A stretch of DNA of 31,350 nt, from the IMG/VR virus record IMGVR_UViG_3300037336_000148, positions 1 to 31,350 of that record, one strand, 5' to 3'. The notes below the pieces were generated by a model. That model was not told where the DNA came from, did not search any database, and saw nothing but the letters and a program-made list of their open reading frames with translations. Shown here piece by piece: positions 15,156 through 22,814 of the stretch. The DNA is from a virus. The position numbers and the translations under genes are program-made. How positions within the stretch are numbered: position 1 is the first letter of the stretch; each line of letters starts with the position of its first letter.

Positions 15156-15392
15156 ATGGAAAGCAACAGAGAAATTTTTTTAAAAATGACTGAGGAACAC
15201 TATATGCAAATTCCATTAAAAACTAGACAAATGTTTTTATCGTCAAAGCGCATAGATAGCGACTCGCACGACTGGAAAGAAAATATGAACGATCCAGTAT
15301 TTGCAAATATTTATAAAATAAAAAAAGCAGTTGCAAAGCAATTAGAAGAGAGACAATATCAATTGAGAGAATTAAGATTAACGAATAAATAA
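15156..15392 (+). CDS. Hypothetical protein
   Basis: 78-aa ORF with an ATG start, 2 nt upstream of the erf start. Confidence 0.55.
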   Translation: MESNREIFLKMTEEHYMQIPLKTRQMFLSSKRIDSDSHDWKENMNDPVFANIYKIKKAVAKQLEERQYQLRELRLTNK

Positions 15393-15394
15393 TT

Positions 15395-15934
15395 ATGAAA
15401 AACTTAGCAACTGCATTAGTTAAAGCTCAAATGGAAATGGTAACACCTAAAAAAACAGCTTTAAATCCTTTCTTTAAAAATAAATATAGCGATTTAAATA
15501 GCATATTAGAAGCTATATTACCAGCGTTTAATAACAACGGAATTGTTATATTGCAGCCAACTTGCACAATAGAGGGTAAAAACTACGTTAAAACTATTTT
15601 AATGCATGAATCAGGCGAATTAATAGAATCATTAACCGAAATTATATTTTCTAAGCAAAACGATGCACAGAGTCAAGGTAGCGGTATATCATACGCTAGA
15701 AGATATGGTTTGCAGAGTTTTGTCGCAGCAGGAAGCGAAGATGATGACGGACAAAAAGCAACAGTTCCCGCAAAAGAAAAGTCTATTCAATTAACACAAG
15801 AGCAAAAAAACAACGAAATGTTATTGCATAATGCGGAAAACAAAGATAGTTTAGGTTTAATATACAAGTCTTTAAACGCAACAGAACAACAAAGAACAAA
15901 ATTATTAACAAAAGAATTATTAACAAAATTTTAA
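15395..15934 (+). CDS. erf: Erf-family single-strand annealing recombinase
   Basis: LATALVKAQMEM...KNKYSDLNSILEAILPAFNNNGIVILQ...GSGISYARRYGLQSFVAAGSEDDDG follows the ERF family pattern, including the Y.RRY and DDDG motifs. Confidence 0.8.
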   Translation: MKNLATALVKAQMEMVTPKKTALNPFFKNKYSDLNSILEAILPAFNNNGIVILQPTCTIEGKNYVKTILMHESGELIESLTEIIFSKQNDAQSQGSGISYARRYGLQSFVAAGSEDDDGQKATVPAKEKSIQLTQEQKNNEMLLHNAENKDSLGLIYKSLNATEQQRTKLLTKELLTKF

Positions 15935-15941
15935 ACATATT

Positions 15942-16208
15942 ATGAGTGCATTAATTAACTTAGGAATTAAAGGCAAAGATGGAAAATACAAGCAATACAC
16001 CATTTCAATTTCCGACACCGCTAACGAATATGGCCAAAACGTATCGATGTATTTGGCGCAATCTAAAGAGCAAAGAGATGCTAAGGAAAAACGTGTTTAT
16101 CTTGCAAACGGTAACGTAATTTGGACAGATGGTATAATTGTTTCGCCGCCAAGAAAAGATCAAATGACAGAGGCGGAAAATGATTTATCTGATGATTTAG
16201 ATTTTTAA
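15942..16208 (+). CDS. Small protein with an SSB-like acidic C-terminal tip
   Basis: 88 aa ending in ENDLSDDLDF (compare the D-D-D-I-P-F tip of bacterial SSB). It lies directly after erf. Whether it has an OB-fold could not be verified by eye. Confidence 0.4.
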   Translation: MSALINLGIKGKDGKYKQYTISISDTANEYGQNVSMYLAQSKEQRDAKEKRVYLANGNVIWTDGIIVSPPRKDQMTEAENDLSDDLDF

Positions 16209-16341
16209 TTGAAAAAGCAAGTTATTAAGCAACCCACATTGGCCGAACTAGAAAAAGAGAAAATTTCCGCAAGTCCAGAAAGACGCAAAGAAATACAAAA
16301 ATATTTAGATTGGATTTATTGGGGAATTAAGAAATAAGTAG

Positions 16342-16349
16342 TATATTTG
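16342..16349 (+). promoter_or_regulatory. -7 box TATATTTG
   Basis: Exact motif at the start of the 243-nt intergenic region. Confidence 0.35.
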
Positions 16350-16398
16350 ACTTTCGACGGATAAAACCACTAATTTTTAGAATTTAAAATTATTAAAG

Positions 16399-16433
16399 AA
16401 GCATTTGTGATTATATCGCACTTGCTTTTTTTT
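16399..16433 (+). terminator. Terminator-like imperfect hairpin with a T8 run
   Basis: AAGCA...TGCTT outer stem and TGTGAT/ATCGCA inner stem (2-nt internal mismatch, one G-U pair), followed by TTTTTTTT. Confidence 0.55.
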
Positions 16434-16444
16434 ATACAAAACTA

Positions 16445-16474
16445 TTGTTTATTTACTATTTTATATTATATTTG
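16445..16474 (+). promoter_or_regulatory. Full Bacteroidota-type promoter TTG-N19-TATATTTG
   Basis: TTG at 16445-16447, exactly 19 nt of spacer, then TATATTTG at 16467-16474. This matches the Flavobacterium consensus spacing. Confidence 0.55.
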
Positions 16475-16525
16475 CATTAGTATTATTTTGTAGAGAACTT
16501 AATACAACTAAAAACATTTTTTATT

Positions 16526-16571
16526 ATCCTATCAGGGAGGTACTCTACTACCAAACTGATAGGATTTTTTT
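16526..16571 (+). terminator. Strong hairpin plus T7 run, 8 nt before the helicase ATG
   Basis: Perfect 10-bp stem ATCCTATCAG / CTGATAGGAT with a 20-nt loop, then TTTTTTT. Confidence 0.65.
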
Positions 16572-16579
16572 ATTTAACT

Positions 16580-18214
16580 ATGAAACCATACATAGACCAA
16601 CAAAAGAGTATTGACGAAATATTTTTAGAATTTAAAAGCCGAAATAGGCTATTATACGCTTTACCTACTGGAGGTGGAAAAACCGCTATATTTTCCTTTA
16701 TTGCAAAAAGATTTATAAAAGAATGCGATAAAAAAGTATTAGTACTAGCACATAGAACAGAATTAATAGATCAAACTTTAAACACACTTCGCACTATTGG
16801 AGTAACATGTGAAAGCGTAATTGCATCTAAAAGAACGTTGCACAATAATAGTAAAGTTTACGTTTCTATGGTGCAAACATTGAAAAACAGATTACGTGTA
16901 AACCCGCTTTTTTTGCAAAATATAGGCCTTATAATAGTTGATGAGGCTCACTTAAATTTGCACAAAGAAGTATTATCTTATTTTAACTGCAAAATATTAG
17001 CCGTAACAGCTACTCCAGTTTCGTTAAAAAAGATAAATTTTACACGCTGCCACCGATGCAAAAAAGAATATGACACAGTTACTGCTTGCTGCAATTACGA
17101 AACTTACGAATATTCTAGAAAGTTCTCGTATTCTGAAATATACCAACATATTATTTTAGGACAAAGTATTTCAGAATTAATAATAAATGATCGATTGGTA
17201 AGAGATTTAAATTATCAAATAGGTGGTTGCAATCGTTCCGATTTTAACATCGATGAAAAAACAGGAGATTTTGACACCGAAAGCACAAACCAATTTTTCG
17301 GACAGCCAAACGTTGTTAAAAATTACGATGAGATTTGCAAAGGTGAAAAAACAATCGTTTTTAATTCTAGCACTAAAACTAATTTATTAACTTACGAAAG
17401 TTTTATAAATGCAGGTTACGAAAATGTACGTATGCTAGATAGTGTAAACACTAAGCAATCCGAGCGTAAACCAATATTAAAATGGTTTAAAGATACGCCT
17501 AATGCAATATTATTAAATTGTGGGGTTCTTACAACAGGATTTGACGAACCTAGCATACAGGCTGTTATTATGAACCGTGCTACCTTATCATTAGCATTAT
17601 GGCAACAATGCGTTGGCCGTGGCGGTCGTAAATGTGAAACAATTTATAAGCCAACATTTAAAGTGATCGATTTAGGTGGCAATATTGAATCGCATGGAAA
17701 ATGGAGCGATGAAGTTGACTGGAAAAGTATTTTTTATGGTAGTAATGAGAAGCCTAAAATAAAAAAAGAGGTTTTAGATCAAACAAAAAACTGTAACAAT
17801 TGCGGTGCAATAATTTCACGAACCGCTATTGAATGCCCTTTTTGTGGTATAGTTGAAGAACCTATAAACTATACTACAATATCGCAAGAAGTGGCAACTT
17901 TAATCGATCAAATACCTATGCCAGACGGACGTAAAATTGTGGCTTATGTGCAAAAAATTGATAGAGATAAAAATTTTGCGTGGGTAATTTTACAAAATCA
18001 AATAATTGATATTTTTATTAGGCATTCAGTTACTTTTGGAATGTACACAAAAGCAGAAAAAAACGGCAAATTTGAAATATCAATTAGAAATATTATTAAA
18101 GAGCCTTATTTAATTATTCAATGTTCGAAATTAGAAGGTACAAATTTGCGAACTAAAGCCTATATTATAAACAAAATAAAAAATAAATTAGATGCGTATT
18201 ATTCCAGAAAGTAA
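16580..18214 (+). CDS. Superfamily 2 DEAH-type DNA helicase with inserted zinc-ribbon motifs
   Basis: Motifs present: Walker A LPTGGGKT, motif II IIVDEAH, motif III TATP, motif VI QCVGRGGR. Also CHRC...CC and CNNCG...CPFCG Cys clusters. Confidence 0.85.
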   Translation: MKPYIDQQKSIDEIFLEFKSRNRLLYALPTGGGKTAIFSFIAKRFIKECDKKVLVLAHRTELIDQTLNTLRTIGVTCESVIASKRTLHNNSKVYVSMVQTLKNRLRVNPLFLQNIGLIIVDEAHLNLHKEVLSYFNCKILAVTATPVSLKKINFTRCHRCKKEYDTVTACCNYETYEYSRKFSYSEIYQHIILGQSISELIINDRLVRDLNYQIGGCNRSDFNIDEKTGDFDTESTNQFFGQPNVVKNYDEICKGEKTIVFNSSTKTNLLTYESFINAGYENVRMLDSVNTKQSERKPILKWFKDTPNAILLNCGVLTTGFDEPSIQAVIMNRATLSLALWQQCVGRGGRKCETIYKPTFKVIDLGGNIESHGKWSDEVDWKSIFYGSNEKPKIKKEVLDQTKNCNNCGAIISRTAIECPFCGIVEEPINYTTISQEVATLIDQIPMPDGRKIVAYVQKIDRDKNFAWVILQNQIIDIFIRHSVTFGMYTKAEKNGKFEISIRNIIKEPYLIIQCSKLEGTNLRTKAYIINKIKNKLDAYYSRK

Positions 18215-18581
18215 AATTCAACAAGAAGCTGTTATTTGGTTTAAAAACACGTATTGTTTAAAACATTACAAATCAAGACTTATTATTTACAGCGTACCAA
18301 ATGGTATTAACGTTCCTTGCAAGCCAAAAGACAGAATTAAAGCATTAGACTTGCTTAATAAAACGGGACAATTAGCGGGCGTTAGTGATTTATGTATTAT
18401 TGGAATTCTTGGTCGTACCGTTCACGCTGAATGCAAAACGCAAGAAGGCACACAAAGTGAAGAACAAATAGATTTTGAAAATAGAATTATTTTGCTAGGT
18501 GGTAGGTATTTTATTTTTAGAAATTTAACAGAATTCCAGAACCAAATTTCAAAACATATTGTATATTTGACAACCGCTTAA
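18192..18581 (+). CDS. VRR-NUC domain nuclease
   Basis: ESKIQQEAVIWFK...SVPNG...GQLAGVSDLCII...VHAECKTQEGTQSEEQIDF matches the PD-(D/E)xK VRR-NUC layout (D...E.K). Confidence 0.7.
   Translation: MRIIPESKIQQEAVIWFKNTYCLKHYKSRLIIYSVPNGINVPCKPKDRIKALDLLNKTGQLAGVSDLCIIGILGRTVHAECKTQEGTQSEEQIDFENRIILLGGRYFIFRNLTEFQNQISKHIVYLTTA
18562..18569 (+). promoter_or_regulatory. -7 box TATATTTG abutting the terminator
   Basis: Exact motif inside the 3-prime end of the VRR-NUC gene. Transcripts would begin within the following hairpin. Confidence 0.3.
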
Positions 18582-18593
18582 TGGCGGTTTTTT
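18572..18593 (+). terminator. Rho-independent terminator
   Basis: Stem AACCGC / GCGGTT with a 6-nt loop that contains the stop codon, followed by TTTT. Confidence 0.65.
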
Positions 18594-18621
18594 ATGCAAA
18601 AATAAATTAACATTTTTAACC

Positions 18622-18765
18622 ATGAGAGAAATAAGGCAAGACTTATATACACAGACCGAATACGCAAAGAAAATTTGCAAATCAGTTCCTTACGTAAACA
18701 AGCTTATAAAAGAAAATAAAGTTAACACAGTAACCGTAAACGGTGCAACACTTATTAAGATATGA
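18622..18765 (+). CDS. Possible 47-aa HTH protein (MREIRQDLYTQTEYAKKICKSVPYVNKLIKENKVNTVTVNGATLIKI)
   Basis: Hand-translated. The layout is excisionase/AlpA-like (HTH then NG..LI). Its TGA overlaps the next ATG (ATGA). Confidence 0.4.
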   Translation: MREIRQDLYTQTEYAKKICKSVPYVNKLIKENKVNTVTVNGATLIKI

Positions 18766-19265
18766 CAATAGAAAACGCATTACAAAGAATACATTGGAGA
18801 GCTTCTTCCCAACAAAATTACAAGCCAAATCCTAAAGACATTGAAGCGGTTAATTTTATGGTAGAATGGGTTAACCGAGAAAAAAAGCAGTCTATAAAAA
18901 AACATCAAATGTTTGCTAAGTTATACGCAACATATTTGGGGGAGTTGCTGCTGCATTACAAAGACATCGACCAGGCGCAAAAAGAAATAAACACAATATT
19001 GTCAGCTCCCACAGAAAATAGTTTCTTTTGGTTTAGAGAAAAATTTAATTTAGTAGAACATGAAAAAGCTTTAAAAGTTTTGCATCTATCAAACGCTCCA
19101 TATTACATGAAAAGTAAAGATGAGCTGGAAAAAGAAAAAGAAATCTTGCAAGATAACCAAGAGTATTTTTTAAAACACATTCAGCAATGGAGTTTAGAAA
19201 ATATCAGTAAAAGTTTAGAAAATCAAATAACCGAAGCAATAAATAGATATGATAACAATTACTAA
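18762..19265 (+). CDS. Hypothetical protein
   Basis: 167-aa ORF coupled to both neighbouring genes by overlaps. No motif recognised. Confidence 0.6.
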   Translation: MTIENALQRIHWRASSQQNYKPNPKDIEAVNFMVEWVNREKKQSIKKHQMFAKLYATYLGELLLHYKDIDQAQKEINTILSAPTENSFFWFREKFNLVEHEKALKVLHLSNAPYYMKSKDELEKEKEILQDNQEYFLKHIQQWSLENISKSLENQITEAINRYDNNY

Positions 19266-19896
19266 CGAATGCAATATGGAGCTTATGGCTCGATACCCTG
19301 ATAATTATTTTGATTTGGCAATTGTTGATCCGCCTTACGGGATAGGAATGGATGGTGCAAAAGAAAGTACAAGTAAACACGGAGGTAGAAAAGCATACGA
19401 ATTTAAAGGGTGGGACAATAAAATGCCAAGTAAAGAATATTTTACTGAATTATTTAGAGTTAGTAAAAATCAAATTATTTGGGGTGCTAATTACTTTTGT
19501 AAATATTTACCTAGCTCGATGGGTTGGATTTTTTGGGACAAAGGACAAAGAATTTGTAATAGCGACGGAGAGCTTGCATATTCAAGTTTTAAAAAAGCTT
19601 TAAGGGTTTATGAATTAAACAGATGTGAAATACAAAAGTTTGGCGGTGCAATCCACCCTACACAAAAACCCGTTAAACTTTACGAATGGCTTTTAATTAA
19701 CTACGCAAAAGAAGGCGATAAAATACTAGACACGCATGGTGGATCAATGTCAATTGCTTTAGCAGTTCACAACGTAAATAGTAAAAACAATATGAATTTA
19801 GATTTAAATTTATGTGAATTGGATACGGATTATTTTGACGCTGGAGTAAAAAGATATAATAATCATATAAAGCAGAAAACTATTTTTGATTTATGA
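19249..19896 (+). CDS. DNA methyltransferase, beta-class N6A/N4C family (orphan)
   Basis: Motif IV IVDPPYG precedes HPTQKPVKLYEWLI and the motif I-like ILDTHGGSMS. This order is typical of the N6_N4_Mtase family. No restriction partner is present in the genome. Confidence 0.85.
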   Translation: MITITNECNMELMARYPDNYFDLAIVDPPYGIGMDGAKESTSKHGGRKAYEFKGWDNKMPSKEYFTELFRVSKNQIIWGANYFCKYLPSSMGWIFWDKGQRICNSDGELAYSSFKKALRVYELNRCEIQKFGGAIHPTQKPVKLYEWLLINYAKEGDKILDTHGGSMSIALAVHNVNSKNNMNLDLNLCELDTDYFDAGVKRYNNHIKQKTIFDL

Positions 19897-19907
19897 CATT
19901 TAATTAC

Positions 19908-19915
19908 TATATTTG
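19908..19915 (+). promoter_or_regulatory. -7 box TATATTTG upstream of the HNH gene
   Basis: Exact motif 22 nt before the ATG at 19938. Confidence 0.35.
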
Positions 19916-19937
19916 CTTAAATAAATGTATATCTAAA

Positions 19938-20525
19938 ATGGCAAATGTAATTGATTTAGTAGGTTTAAGTTTTGGAAGATTAAAAGTTCTTTCAAGAAAT
20001 GAAGTAAAGGGTAACAGGAGACAAGTAAGATGGGATTGTGTTTGTAAATGTAAAAACACGCATACTGTTACAGGGGAAAGTTTAAGGAGCGGCAAGAGTA
20101 AAAGTTGCGGTTGTTTATTAAAAGAAGCACGTTTTGTAAAAAACAAAAATACAGATAGAGAGCTAGCAATGTTACTTTTAATTTATAGCCCTATGAAAAA
20201 AAGACATAGGTTTAAATTTAAAAATGAAGATTATATAAACTTTGATTTCTTTAAAAAATTAAGTTTATCAAATTGTTTTTATTGCGGTTCAATTCCTTAT
20301 AATACACAGTCAGACGTTAGGTACTTAAAAGATGGCACAAAATTAATAATCACAGATTTTATTTTAAAATACAACGGTATTGATAGAATTGACAGTCTAA
20401 AAGGATATGAAAATGAAAATGTTGTTTCCTGCTGTAAAAATTGTAATTCAGCAAAAATGCAATTAACTATTTTAGACTTTAAAAACCATATAATTAAAAT
20501 TTATAAAAACTTTGCATCAAAATAA
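19938..20525 (+). CDS. Free-standing HNH-type endonuclease
   Basis: N-terminus DLVGLSFGRLKVL...RWDCVCKCKN...SGKSKSCGC and C-terminus GIDRIDSLKGYENENVVSCCKNCNSAK match a family widely annotated as phage HNH endonucleases. An alternative upstream ATG at 19893 overlaps the methyltransferase stop (ATGA). Confidence 0.55.
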   Translation: MANVIDLVGLSFGRLKVLSRNEVKGNRRQVRWDCVCKCKNTHTVTGESLRSGKSKSCGCLLKEARFVKNKNTDRELAMLLLIYSPMKKRHRFKFKNEDYINFDFFKKLSLSNCFYCGSIPYNTQSDVRYLKDGTKLIITDFILKYNGIDRIDSLKGYENENVVSCCKNCNSAKMQLTILDFKNHIIKIYKNFASK

Positions 20526-20580
20526 ATGCAAGTTTAAAAAGTTTACAACAGCACCAATCACAACTAACAATGTTTTAATT

Positions 20581-21633
20581 ATGATAAACTTACCTAAAAT
20601 AGAATTAAAATCAGATAGTATAGAAAAGGTAAATTTAGATAAAATACTTTCTTATCTTGTTCTGCCATCAGATGAAATACCAAAACCCGATCCAGTTCTT
20701 TATTTTGGCGAACAGATGGTGATGACTAGACAAAATATATCGTGTGTTACTGGAAAAGCAAAAGTAGGAAAGACATTTTTGATGACTTTAATAAACCAAG
20801 CTATATTACAAAAAGGCGAACATAATATTTTACGGTCGTACCTACCAAAAGGAAAAGATAAAATAATTTACATTGACACGGAACAATCAAAATATCACAT
20901 ATCATTAATTTTGCAGCGTATAAAAAAAGTTGTATCTGATGAAAAATTGAAAAATATATTAATGTTTAATTTTGATGCGCTTTCAACAAACGAAAGAAGG
21001 TCTTATGTTGAGCAACTTGTTTATACAATTGATGGAGTAGGAGTCGTAATTATTGATGGTATTGCTGATTTAATTTATGATACTAACGACATTAGAGAAT
21101 CAGCAGACATGGCCGACAGTCTTAGAAAATGGGCAACACAACGAGACCTACATATTATCAACGTATTACATCAAAACCCGTCTGATAATCAAAAAATGCG
21201 CGGACATTTAGGCACAATACTTACAAATAAATCAGAAACCGTTATACAAATATCTAGTAGCAAGGAAAATGAAAGTATTAAACTTGTTGAATCTTTAGCA
21301 ACTAGGAACAAAAAGCCAGAAAATTGGAGTTTTGAAATTATAGAGGGACAGCCAACGATTATGGATACTACTTACACCGCTCCAGTAGCAGGACGTAAAA
21401 TTAAAAAATTATGGCAAAATTACGAAAGGTACGCTATTTTAATACAAGCGTTTACAGGCGTTAATAAAGCGCAAGGTATAGGTTATTCGGTTTTATTGGA
21501 AAAGGTGCGGGAAAACGTATCAGAAATGGGCGAAAATGCAATTAAGGAGTTTATTAGGTACGCAAAAGAAATGAAATGGATTTGTCAAGACATTCCAAAG
21601 GGTGCTTATTTTTTACATGATTTTATTGAATAG
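20581..21633 (+). CDS. RecA-fold ATPase, RepA/DnaB-like replicative helicase candidate
   Basis: Walker A TGKAKVGKT, Walker B VVIIDGIADL, then INVLHQNP. The track start at 20512 is a TTG; the first in-frame ATG is at 20581. Confidence 0.6.
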   Translation: MINLPKIELKSDSIEKVNLDKILSYLVLPSDEIPKPDPVLYFGEQMVMTRQNISCVTGKAKVGKTFLMTLINQAILQKGEHNILRSYLPKGKDKIIYIDTEQSKYHISLILQRIKKVVSDEKLKNILMFNFDALSTNERRSYVEQLVYTIDGVGVVIIDGIADLIYDTNDIRESADMADSLRKWATQRDLHIINVLHQNPSDNQKMRGHLGTILTNKSETVIQISSSKENESIKLVESLATRNKKPENWSFEIIEGQPTIMDTTYTAPVAGRKIKKLWQNYERYAILIQAFTGVNKAQGIGYSVLLEKVRENVSEMGENAIKEFIRYAKEMKWICQDIPKGAYFLHDFIE

Positions 21634-21648
21634 TTTAAGTTTAATAAC

Positions 21649-21656
21649 TATATTTG
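21649..21656 (+). promoter_or_regulatory. -7 box TATATTTG
   Basis: Exact motif in the intergenic region, with TTG 20 nt upstream (21626-21628) and the ATG at 21686 downstream. Confidence 0.45.
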
Positions 21657-21685
21657 TACTTTATAAACCAATAAATTAAAAAAAA

Positions 21686-22060
21686 ATGAATTTTAAAAAA
21701 GTTACACTAAAAAATGGACTTATTGCCTATGTTAATTTAGATTTAGTAAGAAGTATACATGAATCATGTAACGGAACGTGTATTTTTTTTTCTGAAAATG
21801 ATCGAGTTATAGTTCAAGAAACTCCAGAACAAATTTTACACAAAAAAGTTGGTAGGACTGCAAAAATTTACAAAGAATTTTCTATTGAAGAAATTTTTAA
21901 GGATTTTGAAAACGGAATTAAATATTCTGAATTAGTAAATTTAATTGCTTTAAAATCTGAAAGAGGAATAAATTTTAGTAAAGAATTAATCGTTAATTTA
22001 AAAGCTAATGGAAGCATTTATAATAAAGAAATAAAAGGATTATACTTTCTCACGGTTTAA
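21686..22060 (+). CDS. Hypothetical protein adjacent to the iteron region
   Basis: 124-aa ORF with its own promoter-like box. No motif recognised. Confidence 0.6.
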   Translation: MNFKKVTLKNGLIAYVNLDLVRSIHESCNGTCIFFSENDRVIVQETPEQILHKKVGRTAKIYKEFSIEEIFKDFENGIKYSELVNLIALKSERGINFSKELIVNLKANGSIYNKEIKGLYFLTV

Positions 22061-22062
22061 CC

Positions 22063-22101
22063 GTTTACCAATTATTTTAATTAAACTGTTAATTGGTAAA
22101 C
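22063..22101. repeat. Perfect 12-bp inverted repeat GTTTACCAATTA / TAATTGGTAAAC
   Basis: Arms at 22063-22074 and 22090-22101 with a 15-nt AT loop. No T-run follows. Confidence 0.8.
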
Positions 22102-22209
22102 CATCATATTTGTAGGTAATTTATCGACAGTTTAATAATTAATTGTAAGAAAAAAACACAATTGTTTTGTTTTTCTTATAAAATATGTTAAATACGTGTA
22201 TAATTAGCA

Positions 22210-22257
22210 ATGGTTTAATATGGTTTACTGATGATAATGTAATGGTTTGATGGTTTA
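22210..22257 (+). repeat. Iteron-like array, four direct ATGGTTT(A/G) copies
   Basis: Direct copies at 22210, 22220, 22242 and 22250. Inverted copies TAAACCATCAT at 22097-22107 and 22289-22299. Related GGTTTAA/CGTTTAC motifs at 22054-22068. Confidence 0.75.
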
Positions 22258-22284
22258 ACAACCCCCTTTAGGGAAGGGGTTGTT
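22257..22284 (+). other. GC-rich hairpin (weak terminator or structural element)
   Basis: 9-bp stem AACAACCCC / GGGGTTGTT with a 10-nt loop. Only TTT follows. It is flanked by the inverted pair TGATGGTTTA / TAAACCATCA. Confidence 0.6.
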
Positions 22285-22383
22285 TAACTAAACCATCATG
22301 ACAAAAAACATAGATAAAATAAACTACCTTAATAAAATGTTAAATAATAAATACAAACAAATAATAATACCTATCTTAGCAAA

Positions 22384-22650
22384 ATGGAAAATATAAACAT
22401 ATACGGTATAACACGCAAAAAGACAAAAAGCAAAATAGACGTTTTAAAAGACTTTATTAATGAGTATGATACTTACGACGCTAAAGAGCTTTCTATTGCC
22501 TTAAATATGCCTGTATTGAAGCTAATAAGCGAAATAGATAGCATTCAAGGTTTAAGTTGGATGACTATATCCCAAAAAGTTTACAGATTGCAAACTAAGG
22601 GCTACGGAATAGAGGAAATAAATTTAACTTTAAATATAAAAACAATATGA
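22384..22650 (+). CDS. Hypothetical protein
   Basis: 88-aa ORF with an ATG start. Its stop overlaps the next ATG. Confidence 0.55.
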   Translation: MENINIYGITRKKTKSKIDVLKDFINEYDTYDAKELSIALNMPVLKLISEIDSIQGLSWMTISQKVYRLQTKGYGIEEINLTLNIKTI

Positions 22651-22814
22651 GACCAAATTACACGATAGAAAAATCAGACTTTTATGAAAATCCTTTATTT
22701 ATAAGTGTTTACAACTGGTCTGGTTTAAATCTTATTGGACTGTACAACTGTTCTACAATCCAAGAGAAGCAAGATAACTCGATTGGTCAGTGGAGAATTA
22801 AATATAAAAAATAA
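22647..22814 (+). CDS. Possible 55-aa ORF (MRPNYTIEKSDFYENPLFISVYNWSGLNLIGLYNCSTIQEKQDNSIGQWRIKYKK)
   Basis: Hand-translated. ATGA overlap with the upstream gene, and its stop directly abuts the next ATG at 22815. It fills the gap exactly. Confidence 0.45.
   Translation: MRPNYTIEKSDFYENPLFISVYNWSGLNLIGLYNCSTIQEKQDNSIGQWRIKYKK

Noticed and set aside
16209-16337. TTG-initiated 42-codon ORF directly after the gene with the SSB-like tail
   Set aside because: It has no ATG or GTG start and begins immediately after a TAA. I see no coupling signal or motif. It is possibly coding, but support is too weak to list as a feature.
19352-19603. 83-aa + strand ORF in an alternative frame inside the methyltransferase gene
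   Set aside because: It is wholly contained in the methyltransferase, whose frame carries the DPPY and HPTQKP motifs. There is no independent support.
22210-22257. Could the short direct repeats be a CRISPR array?
   Set aside because: The repeats are only 7-8 nt with 0-14 nt between them and mixed orientation. CRISPR repeats are 24-48 nt with spacers of similar length. The pattern fits protein-binding iterons.
22298-22396. 32-codon ATG ORF (MTKNIDKINYLNKMLNNKYKQIIIPILAKWKI) at the edge of the iteron region
   Set aside because: It is very short, Asn/Lys/Ile-rich as expected from AT-rich non-coding DNA, and overlaps the start of the next gene in another frame.
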